This document shows positions 54,301 through 63,956 of a DNA stretch of 64,000 nt, piece by piece. The notes below the pieces were generated by a model. It saw only the letters and a list, made by a program, of their open reading frames with translations. It searched no databases and was not told where the DNA came from. The DNA comes from Schmidtea polychroa. Its lineage: Eukaryota. The stretch covers positions 233,740,001 through 233,804,000 of the forward strand of contig CM097885.1 of assembly GCA_044892525.1 (NCBI GenBank), given 5' to 3'. Positions within the stretch are counted from its first letter, which is position 1. Every line of letters starts with the position of its first letter. Position numbers and translations under genes: made by a program.

Positions 54301-57300
54301 TTATGCTGATTGTGATTTTTACGGTTTCGCTTTTTTTTTGAATAGATTGTTTTCGAAAACATGTTTTATAAAATTATTTAAAATAAATTATGTAAAATAT
54401 TCTAACATTATGTATTTATTCATTTTCAATCTGAATTTAGCACTGATACCTAACATTTGAGTTGATATAATTCTAAATTTAATTTCGCAGTAAATTCACT
54501 TTTAAATTTTGAATTACGCATTCACGCAATCAATATTGTGAATCAGTTCGAAACCTTTGAAGCATATTGTCTCATTGTACAGAACAATGAGGATATAAAT
54601 AGATTTTAAATACAGCAAAATTTTGATTTGTAANNNNNNNNNNNNNNNNNNNNNNNNNNNNNNNNNNNNNNNNNNNNNNNNNNNNNNNNNNNNNNNNNNN
54701 NNNNNNNNNNNNNNNNNNNNNNNNNNNNNNNNNNNNNNNNNNNNNNNNNNNNNNNNNNNNNNNNNNNNNNNNNNNNNNNNNNNNNNNNNNNNNNNNNNNN
54801 NNNNNNNNNNNNNNNNNNNNNNNNNNNNNNNNNNNCACTTGGAAGCAGTTTCTGTGTATAGACGGTGTCTCCAGAGGCGAATATGATTTTTCATACGCCA
54901 TGTTTACAAGTTTGCAGATATTTTTTCTGTTATTTAGCTAATTTGCAAGTGATGTGATTTCCAGTGTACCAGGGAATGTATGCAATAGAGTTGAATCAGC
55001 AATATTGTATACTTACCTGGCGCGAAGAGAAATCTTCGCGTCTCCTGCATAGTACTGATGAGAGCCAAAAGCTCGAAACTAGTCTACTATTGGGATTTGC
55101 ACTGGGTATCACAAATTGTTTATTATTATAGTGTGTGTGTGGAATTATTAAGCCAATTGAATTTAATAATTTCAATCTAATTACAAATTTATAATACCAA
55201 TTTTACCGTATAGCGATTATGCTGCATTAGAATCGTGCTCAAATATAGAGCTTCCATGCCGAGACAATTACGATATGAATAATCTGAGATTATGATAATA
55301 AGAGCTTCAAATATTTCATCTGTCAACATGTATTCGACAAATTTGTTTTCGTTTAATAAATTACAAGCCTGCAATAATAAATGAAATTTCCTAAACTTTA
55401 TTCCAATATAATGAAAATTATTTTTGTAATTGAATAACAAAATATTTTATTGCTCAAAATTAGATGTATTATTACAAGGTTTCAATTTTTATAATAATTT
55501 TCAACAGAATTTCTAAATAACATTGATCATTATTAATTTTGTAACGGCAAAGTAAATGGGGAAATGTAATATACTTGTGTCTATGGACAGATAAATTCTA
55601 CATGTGAAGTTATACTTAATAAAAATTAATTAATTTTAACCAATGTTAACCAATACAATTCAAAAGGTTTTATATTATATGGAAATTATTTGTTTATCCC
55701 ATTTCAGATGACACAAATTTTATAAACAAAATATTAAACCTCCCAGAGAAACTATGACATATGCGTAATGTATCAATATCAGTTAAATTTACCTCATAAA
55801 CAAAATTATTTTCATCAGCGAAGTTATCTTCATCTAAATGACAACCATTCTCAGCAAAAAATTCCTTGTATTCTACAGCATGTAAAATTTGCTTTTTGTA
55901 ATGTGTATCGCAAATATCAAGTTGCAGATCATAATTCAGACAAAGCTGATAAATTACAGGGTATTCCCGCTTATATTTGACCACAATTTTTACAAACATC
56001 AAAGGTGGACGAAAATTTTATGTCAAAACTTGATCTGTAACCAAAGAAACCAAGTTAGATGCCGAATGTGATTCAAACACTCTAACTAAACCAAGATTAA
56101 ATCGTACTTTCTTATCATAATCGTGTAAATTGATGTTTATGAACCTCTTCATACAAATGTTAGTTCATTCGTCCAATGTAATACTGAATCGTTTATTTTG
56201 TTTTAGTTTATCTTGATGCAGGATCATCATTTCTCTTTTTTCATAAAATCATTTTGGACATGCATCATAACACCGGATTCGTCCTTAGGTAAAGTATAAC
56301 CACATTTAAGAACTGATTCCCGAATAAATTTGGATCTAGTGATGGCTCTAATTAATATCCCATCAATGGCTGCTAGTTCAGACACAATATCTTCTAACGT
56401 TTTCTTCGCTGTTGTAGTGTAATCTAATATTGATGTTGTTTGTTTTTCTATTTCAAATTATCTGTATTTTCTTCTTTTATTACAGCAATTCCATGTTTAA
56501 CTTTTAAATGTTTAACCATTGATGATGTATAATGATTCGTATATAACAAAATAGTGCTGGATTTAGTACATTTGCTTGTTTTGAATTGCTAGTTGTTAGT
56601 TCCATGGTAAAACAATTCTAAAATAATAAGTAAGGCCATACTAATTTTAGAAGACTTTAATTTAAAATTTATAATCATTTATATTGAAGTAAATTTTGTT
56701 TAAACAAACTTTTGAAATTTATAGGTGAATTTTGATTATATTTTTGATTAACTTCATGGAAAGTACGCAATATGTTTATTAATAAGTCAAAAACTCCGGT
56801 CGAATTGTGTTCCAATATCGTTTATCAGTTTACATGTAATGGGTGTAATGCCACATACATTGGAGAGACTTCCCGTCATCTCTGTATTCGAGCTCGAGAA
56901 CATTGTAGACCGAAGGCCCATATTAGTGAGCACAATAAGCGTAAATCTATTAGGCTGTAAGATTAAAATAGGTATGTCTGATTTTAAAATTTTATTAAAA
57001 AATTCGATAATTATTGGGAACGTGTATTTGTGAGGCGTTATTGATAAAGTCATTGAATCCGAAAATTAATGTGCAGAATGCAGTGAATACTTGTGTTTTA
57101 AATGTTTTTAAATAATTTTTTTTGTATATTGTATGTATTTATTGTTGTGTGTTAAATTAAATAATTAATAAAATTTTTTAAATTATTAAATTAAATTGTG
57201 AATGATAAAAATTTAAAAATAATATATTAATTTAATTATAATTTTTAAAAATAATTAAATGTTTTTATTAAGTAAAAATTTTTTTTTATAAAATTAATTA

Positions 57301-58660
57301 ATTTGTTTTAAATCCTTAATTTTTATAGTTATTATATCCCATCTGATTATGACAGGAAAACATTCGAAACAGTCGTGAAAAGAATGTTTGATTGGCGTTA
57401 TCTTATAATTAAATCATTGTCATGTATGTTTAACTATATATTTTAAATAGTTTAAAAATTATTCGGTATGAGAAACTCTTCGAATCTTATTTGACAATAA
57501 AGTATTAGTATGCGGTATTTTGTGTGATAAGAGCACAATGTTGAACCGCAGTCTTCTTGATTCTTTTTATCGTTCTTTTTTAAATATATTATTGAAAAGT
57601 TAATATTTAGTTTTCTGCATGCTGCTACTCATTATTTATTACAATATTGTAATATTCTTTGTAAGGAATAAGAAATACAAATATTAGTCTGTGATAAATG
57701 ATATATTAATTTGAAGTTTTATACATGTTTTTATAAGCAAGTGACATCAAAATATATAAATCTAAATCNNNNNNNNNNNNNNNNNNNNNNNNNNNNNNNN
57801 NNNNNNNNNNNNNNNNNNNNNNNNNNNNNNNNNNNNNNNNNNNNNNNNNNNNNNNNNNNNNNNNNNNNNNNNNNNNNNNNNNNNNNNNNNNNNNNNNNNN
57901 NGATTATTATTATAACAAATAGTAATAATAATAGTAATAATATTAATAATAAATGGTAATAATAATAATGTCATGGTTTGATAAAAATCTATATTACTGA
58001 CCGAAGCAAGACTTAATAACAAATTGAGAACAATTGATTTCAATCTATTTGGAGTATTGGTAATCAAAATTTTATGAGCAATTGTAATGATATTCTGAAA
58101 CTTTAAATAAAAATTGCTTTCATAAGGAACGATTCTTACATGCATTGATTCATCTATAAAATCTTTGCCTACAAGAAGATCAATTAAATTTGAAGTTTGA
58201 CCAATGACGGATGTACTAGAAAATACTCCATTTACTAAACATATTATAGTTTGAGAAGCATTGGCTACACGAAAATAATGAGATTGTTTAAAAGCCTCAA
58301 TGCATTTAAGAAACAAACGGTTTATATGAGGCTGATTTACACTTTTTTAAATTAGGTTATTAATAGTAATTTACTTTTAAGCACATAATTTCATCTAGGG
58401 AATGCTTGTCAAATAATTGATTGAAAGCAACAATATTAACCTAAAAAATAAGTAAATTTATTTAATTATCACTTTTAAAAATTACTTTCAATAAAAAAAA
58501 TTCATCCCAGAATTCATCTTTACCTTCTGATATATCAACTCCCTATAATTAATTTTAAATTTCGTTATTTTGATTATATTAATACGTAAAAAAATTGCTC
58601 GTAAATTTTAACAACTTTTTCTTTGTACATGCTTTTAGTATTGCCTTTCACAGATCCCAT
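38793..58660 (-). CDS. ARMH3: Armadillo-like helical domain-containing protein 3 (C10orf76/UPF0668), multi-exon, 3' end not located
   Basis: Hand-spliced GT-AG exons, all phase-compatible: 58660-58586 ([25 protein letters not shown]), 58542-58486 ([10 protein letters not shown]), 58440-58375, 58331-58140 ([10 protein letters not shown]), 58094-58002 ([12 protein letters not shown]), 55368-55207 ([11 protein letters not shown]), 53574-53521, 53431-53388, 53030-52973, 52537-52491, 50098-49842 ([13 protein letters not shown]), 48281-48223 (CRLCFLILL), 48161-48096 ([10 protein letters not shown]), 47600-47528 (MRHRK..RPLVC), 46132-46072, 46032-45944 ([15 protein letters not shown]), 41528-41446, 38919-38793 ([28 protein letters not shown]). 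Motifs are collinear with ARMH3 as I recall it. Confidence 0.92.
39459..39675. mobile_element. hAT-type MITE, 217 bp
   Basis: TIRs CAGGGATGGCAAA / TTTGCCATCCGTG. Perfect 8-bp TSD GTATACAA at 39451-58 and 39676-83. Confidence 0.9.
42130..42400 (-). mobile_element. Possible LINE AP-endonuclease remnant
   Basis: GC-richer patch; [19 protein letters not shown] loosely resembles IIIGDFN..ITNT..HKWTW. Confidence 0.3.
42708..44130. repeat. Long inverted repeat, arms about 255 bp (42708-42965 and 43870-44130)
   Basis: 42820-42890 ATTGACTAAATCGAATTTCCATTCGAGGACATTAATTTTTAAATTTAGGTTAATAAAATTTACGATTTCCTAG is the near-exact reverse complement of 43953-44025. Confidence 0.9.
43739..43860 (-). mobile_element. 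Second copy of the U1-like/hammerhead element with a 31-nt deletion removing the ribozyme core
   Basis: Reverse complement reads ..AATATTGT-ATACTTACCTGGCGTGAAGAG|AGAGCCAAAAGCTCGAAACTAGTCTACTATTGGGATTTGCACTGGGTATCACA. It lacks the equivalent of 55030-55060. Confidence 0.85.
44190..44675 (+). mobile_element. mariner transposase C-terminal remnant
   Basis: [53 protein letters not shown]. Confidence 0.92.
44790..46745 (+). repeat. Pair of ~125-bp direct repeats (44790-44915 and 46612-46745)
   Basis: Shared ATCGAGTAAAA.ACAAGAATGA..AAGAAA..ACAAGAAATATTAGTT.AATTTCGTAATGGA.TGAAA.ATCATGTATTT. Confidence 0.8.
45421..45436 (+). mobile_element. Solo left TIR of the 59.2 kb hAT MITE family
   Basis: CAGTGGCGTAACTAGT identical to 59194-59209; no right end found. 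Confidence 0.6.
50463..50662. mobile_element. pogo/Tigger-like MITE, 200 bp
   Basis: TIRs (T/C)CGTATTTTCCCGCA / TGCGGGAAAATACGG, flanked by TA on both sides. Confidence 0.8.
50897..51595 (+). repeat. Dispersed AT-rich repeat family (copies at ~4474, ~46268, 50897-51010, 51510-51595)
   Basis: Shared motif ATCGATATATTTACTGATTCATAGTCAA..TTTTAATAAATACAATG. Confidence 0.7.
52305..52420. mobile_element. Small MITE with ~32-bp TIRs
   Basis: GTAGGTAGTTAGGGCATCGCCATAACAATTA / TAATTGTTGTGGTGATGCCCTAACTACCTAC. Flanks ATTTATAA and TTTTATAA (7/8 match). Confidence 0.75.
54958..55115 (+). mobile_element. Short retrozyme/SINE-like element: upstream block, U1-like 5' end, GAAA-tetraloop hairpin and hammerhead
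   Basis: ATACTTACCTGGCG at 55009. Hairpin CGCGAAGA-GAAA-TCTTCGCG at 55021-55040. Hammerhead downstream. Homologous copy at 43739-43860 on the minus strand. Confidence 0.7.
55046..55101 (+). ncRNA. Minimal type I hammerhead ribozyme, intact core
   Basis: Stem I ATAGTA (55049-54) pairs with TACTAT (55085-90), extended by TGCA/TGCA. Core CTGATGA 55055-61. Stem II GAGC-caaaa-GCTC. GAAA 55075-78. Two-bp stem III within palindrome ACTAGT. GTC cleavage triplet ends at 55084. Confidence 0.93.
55700..56570 (-). mobile_element. hAT transposase remnant (BED-finger end plus DDE start, internally deleted)
   Basis: [12 protein letters not shown]; [22 protein letters not shown]; [23 protein letters not shown]; EYPVIYQL near the 3' end. 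Confidence 0.72.
56760..57115 (+). mobile_element. Frameshifted Penelope-like GIY-YIG remnant, same family as the 20.7 kb copy
   Basis: [33 protein letters not shown], then frameshifts, ending ..[13 protein letters not shown]. Confidence 0.85.
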
Positions 58661-58932
58661 TGAAATTAAATAAAATTATAAGTACTGTAATTAAAAATAT
58701 TTTTTATATGTGTGCTGGGGTGTGATAAAATTGAATTAATGATAAAGTATATTTAAACAAAACAAAATTTAAGAATTTAGAGACTATTTGTCAAAATGAA
58801 ATTAAAGAAAATATTTCTAAAACAGTTTTGTTTTTGTATTATTTCAAGATGTGCGTATATATTTTGTATCTAAATTTAAATTAATATTGTTATGATGTAA
58901 ATTTTATTAATGATAAGATATAATCTCAAAAG

Positions 58933-59771
58933 GTAATTTCTTGCTTGCTAGTGTTATTCGTAATTCTTGCAATGATAGTGTTTTACTGCAAGTATTTAAC
59001 TTTGTCGTTTTACTTCTTTAAACAGGAGAATTCTGTAGCAAATCCTAATATACTCGTCTTGAATAGGTTCGATGGACAAACTGGGTATCATTTTTGTTAA
59101 TATCCATGATTATTTAATCGAAACATTGCTGTGGCTCTAGTTATGATGGCGTTCAGTGTTAATTTAATTTCGGTTGTTAGGGTTACAGAACACCAGTGGC
59201 GTAACTAGTGGACACAGGACCTTGCGTTGCGGGGGCCACCAGCTATAGGGGAGCCAAAATGATTACTATAAAAATATTTACAATCATTTTCTGAAACTTT
59301 TTTCAAGCAGTTATATTTGCCTACAAACATAAAACTATCATTGTATAGCGGCTGTTGTGAATAACTATGTATTAAACTTTACCCGAAAAATTTAAGTGGA
59401 AATATTTTACATTGCGCGGGGGGCCCAAATTTTGAAGTTCCGCCACTGCAGAACACCAAATTGCTATTAAATTATTATTATCAAATATTATACATATGGT
59501 AACTTCCCTTGGCAACATTCTTGGAACTGTATATTTCTTGAAAATAATGAGCAGGTGAGCTTTTTAAACAAAATTATTACTTACCATTTATAGATCTCAA
59601 TACGGCGACCACTCCTTTATCAGTTCCTATACACCAAGCGGATCAACTTGGTTTCCCCTTAGATATGTCCACCATCTTGCATTCAGTGCGACCAAACAGA
59701 GCATACTACATCCCATTCAGTCGAACCGCAGCACCTCAAATAACAAACAGACAAACAAAGTGCAATTTCAT
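58933..59771 (+). CDS. Candidate small membrane-protein gene between ARMH3 and the coiled-coil gene, interrupted by the hAT MITE
   Basis: Hydrophobic open frames; good intron CAG|GTGAGC..TTTATAG (59555-59593); GC-richer last exon. The frame runs through once the MITE and one TSD are removed. 5' structure unresolved. Confidence 0.3.
59194..59448. mobile_element. hAT-type MITE, 255 bp
   Basis: TIRs CAGTGGCGTAACT / AGTTCCGCCACTG. Perfect 8-bp TSD CAGAACAC at 59186-93 and 59449-56. Confidence 0.93.
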
Positions 59772-59850
59772 TGAAAACTATTATTGTATTTATATCAACA
59801 TTTCAAAAAAAGAACCAATACAATTTTCTACATATAATATAATAAACTCT

Positions 59851-62800
59851 TTAATTTCTTTTTATATTTGGCTCCAGATTTTCGTCGAATCCTTTCAGAA
59901 TAAATTCTCTAGTGCTTCTGTCGCATTTATTAACAAGCATTGTAATTGTCGCAAGCTTCCTTGATAGATTCAGATTCTCATTTCTCACTTCAAATAGATC
60001 ATCTTTCAACTTAGTCATCATTTTTATTTTCTGTTTATAATTTGCATGTCCGCATGAAGTGATCAATTCATCATTTTGCTGGGAACATAAAATAAGTAAA
60101 CTAATGGATTTTTCTGTAACAATTACCAATATTACTTCTTTTAATGCTTGGCGCTGTCCATTTGCCTCGGTTAAGTTCTTTGACAACTCATAGATGTAGT
60201 TATCTTTCACGCAAATTCTATAGATATATATTACTTGTTAATCATATAAACTAGAAGAGCATAGAAAACAACTCGTCATTTTTGTGCCGAGAAAACAATC
60301 TGTAATCTTCTATGTCTTTTTTATAAGATATAATCGCAGCTTCTAAACTTTTAATGTTATCCGAAAATTGCTCCTTTTATAATAAAGGTTAGATTATAAA
60401 TATATATTTATTGGGGAATTTAAATTTACTCTATAGATATTTCCGTTAAATTGAAAATGTTTTCAAGCATCGACTGAAATAAAAAGGAATGGCTCCATCA
60501 ATTTATAATATTTANNNNNNNNNNNNNNNNNNNNNNNNNNNNNNNNNNNNNNNNNNNNNNNNNNNNNNNNNNNNNNNNNNNNNNNNNNNNNNNNNNNNNN
60601 NNNNNNNNNNNNNNNNNNNNNNNNNNNNNNNNNNNNNNNNNNNNNNNNNNNNNNNNNNNNNNNNNNNNNNNNNNNNNNNNNNNNNNNNNNNNNNNNNNNN
60701 NNNNNNNNNNNNNNNNNNNNNNNNNNNNNNNNNNNNNNNNNNNNNNNNNNNNNNNAATAAAAATAATAATGATAATAATAATAATATTAATAAAGAATAA
60801 TAAAAATAATAATGATGATTAATAATAATAATATTAATAATAATAAATAATAAAAACNNNNNNNNNNNNNNNNNNNNNNNNNNNNNNNNNNNNNNNNNNN
60901 NNNNNNNNNNNNNNNNNNNNNNNNNNNNNNNNNNNNNNNNNNNNNNNNNNNNNNNNNNNNNNNNNNNNNNNNNNNNNNNNNNNNNNNNNNNNNNNNNNNN
61001 NNNNNNNNNNNNNNNNNNNNNNNNNNNNNAAAAATAATAATGATGTTTAATATANNNNNNNNNNNNNNNNNNNNNNNNNNNNNNNNNNNNNNNNNNNNNN
61101 NNNNNNNNNNNNNNNNNNNNNNNNNNNNNNNNNNNNNNNNNNNNNNNNNNNNNNNNNNNNNNNNNNNNNNNNNNNNNNNNNNNGAAAAAAAATATTAAAA
61201 TTAATAATATAATAACAGATCATAAATATTAATTTTATATTATTAATAAAAACAATAAAAATAAAAAAATATCAATAATAATAATAAATATGAATTTCAA
61301 ATTTATTATTAAAAACAATAATACATTTTATAATAATTAATAAGGTAATAATAGATAATAATCAAAATAATAAAATAACAATACTGTTACTTACTTTAAT
61401 TTCAGCATATTTTCCCTTTTCTCTTTGTAGTTCCTTTTCAAGTTGTTCACTAGTTGTCAATAATTCCTCTAGAAGTGAATTTCGTTCATTCCGATTTAAA
61501 TTCTTTTTGTTAATGGGACTCATCGCTCTTGTTGGTATTGGCATCATAGCATTTTGATTAGATTTGAAATTTTCCAATTCCTTATTAGTTTCATTCAATT
61601 CTGATTGCAATTTGCTAAACTCAATACGATAAGTCTCATTGAGCCCATCACTTATTTCACATTTTGCCATCAATTCCGTGATCTATAGAGATTATATTAT
61701 ACAATTGCCATTGAGAGGAAAATAAATTACTCTGTTATTATATTTCAAATTGATTTCATCCATTTTCTTATGATGCGACTATTCAATGTTTCTTTACTAC
61801 CTTTCAATTCTTCTATTTCGTTTTGAGCATTAATTAATCGTTTTTCTAAATCGAAAATCTGATCAACATATTCTGATTCGCTAGCCTAAAATTCCCGATA
61901 TAAAAAGTTATGATGGGAAAACAAAATAAAAAGATGCTAAACTTTAAGTTCCGAAATCAATTCATTGCTCTCCGACAGCTCTTCAATCAATTTGAACATT
62001 TCCTACAAATCGAAACCAAGAATTAAGCTGCTCATCGAACAAGAACAATATCCCTACTTCACTGTTGCATTTCATATCGTCATCCAAATCTTCCTTGGTT
62101 ATTACTGAAAAGCTTTGCTGAGATGAAGTTGAAACTGGACTCCGTAAAAATTCCCTCTCCAATAAATCCAATGAACTCTTAACGACTTCCAATTCATCTT
62201 TATAATAATCCTTTTCCAATAAAGCATCTTCCAGCTCCGATTTCAACTCAGACACCTGAATGCAATTATATCGACATGAATTCACATTTGATCACTATTC
62301 AAATCGTTATATACTTTTTCATTTAAATTATTGGATAATTTTTCTTTTTCTCCATTGATTTCTTTTAACTGAGTTTCTAATTTCTTTATCAAGTCGCGAC
62401 TTTCTCGCAATTCAAAATCAATACCATTATACTTTTCTTTCAGTGCTATATTTGGAAAATAAGTATAAAATAGATGTGTTACAGTGATTATACCGTTGAG
62501 ATTACATTCCAATGCTTCCTGGTCTTTGAGAGAAATTTTCAATTCGTTAATGTCCTTATAATAATGTCAGTAAATGTTTAGATAAAAGGAAAACTATAAA
62601 TTAACTTTTAAATGCTCCTTAACATTATATTCCAATAGACCAATCGTTTTTTGGTATAAGTTATTTTTCGTTTGTGCTTCTTTTAAATCATTATTTAACA
62701 TTTCAATTTCCTGCAATTTATAAATAGTTTACAGTGGGAATAGCAATAGAAATCTACAGATTCTGGCACGGATTTAAATTCATCAAACGAATCGCTCGTT

Positions 62801-63956
62801 TCACTGAGATCCGGTAAATCATTGGGTTTATTAGTATTATTATTATTATTTCTTAGGCCACGTTTCATATATTTCGATGATTTCAATGGATATGAAGGTT
62901 TGGATTTGATGTAATTGAATAGTGTTTGCCGGCGTCGGCTAGCGATATTTTCTTTTTCAATATCATAGTTTTTCAACATTGATTTCATTGAGGCAACTTC
63001 CGATTCTAATTGTCGACGTTCGTCTTTGTAGCTCATTTTAAGTGACATGAATTTCTTGTGCAACTGTTGAAATATATTATTCATTTATCGTTCAATCGCA
63101 ATTAAAATTGTATAAGCAATTGAAACAGATATTAATTATAAAATACAAATAATTGGCTATCAGTTGCTTTCAGACAATCGCGACCTCATTAGTATGGTTG
63201 CCAAGGGAATAATAATGTTCAGGTCAAGCGTAGTATCGAAACCCATGGAACACTAATGGGAACCTTCGACAAAAAACGTTTGAGAATCTTTTTATTTAAT
63301 GTTTAAAAATAATCAATATTAATTTCTTTGAATTATTAAGGAATCCATGGAAACCTTTATATGATTGTTCCATTGGTTATCAATGACTATTAAACAATCG
63401 CGACCTCATTAGTATGGTTGCCAAGGGAATAATAATGTTCAGGTCAAGAGTAATACCAAAAATCTGTGAAACACCAAGGGGAACCTTGGACTAAAAAAAA
63501 CGATTCATAATCCTTGTTTTAAATATTTTTTTAAATCAATATTAATTGCCCTGATCCCTGATTTTGATAGAGTTCATATATTTACCTGGCTTATTGTACT
63601 ATTGGCTTCTGTTAATTCTTCCTGGAGCTTTGATATTTCTAATTGGTTCGGGGTCGGAAATAAGGCTTGATTACTTAACTCGCCAGCTAAACAGAACATT
63701 ATCGATTATTGTGACTAAATATATAATTGTTATAATTATCACATTCTATAATGTCATTGAATTCCTTATAGAGAGAAGAAACTATAGACGCCTCTGGCAT
63801 GGTTAGAGATGAGATAGATCTCATTTCATGGAGTTCCAGCCGAAGGCTGCTGATTTCCGATTGGTAGGAGTCCATTTTGACCCGGTCTGTGTTAATGGTC
63901 ACTTCATTTTGCAGCTTGGATAGTAAGTTATCCAGTAAATCTTTAACGTTCTCTTC
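59851..63956 (-). CDS. Long coiled-coil protein, 3' portion of a multi-exon gene (5' end probably beyond the window)
   Basis: Exons 63956-63743, 63686-63586, 63063-62758, 62710-62606, 62554-62494, 62445-62315, 62255-62058, 62002-61943, 61885-61731, 61682-61395, 60373-60273, 60217-60136, 60078-59851 (TAA). All introns are GT-AG, mostly 47-59 nt. Phases match except exon 61885-61731 (155 nt, 1 nt short). Heptad-rich E/K/L sequence. Confidence 0.82.
63175..63500. repeat. Tandem duplication with 220-bp period inside an intron
   Basis: CAATCGCGACCTCATTAGTATGGTTGCCAAGGGAATAATAATGTTCAGGTCAAG is identical at 63175 and 63395, then diverges. Confidence 0.9.

Noticed and set aside
55009-55140. A genuine, complete U1 snRNA gene
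   Set aside because: There is no GATCACGAAG loop I, no clear Sm site and no terminal stem-loop. Only the 5' 14 nt and a TTTGCACT motif resemble U1, and a hammerhead occupies the body.
59577-59590. TTACTTACCA as another U1-like start or minus-strand donor
   Set aside because: The match stops after 8 nt. It lies in a plausible plus-strand intron, and the minus-strand frame upstream has three stops.
12008-61183. ORF-track entries spanning N blocks (e.g. 12008-12457, 30525-31031, 43384-43762, 60489-60800)
   Set aside because: Artefacts of masked bases translating as X. The N blocks have irregular lengths and repeat-like flanks, consistent with hard-masking.
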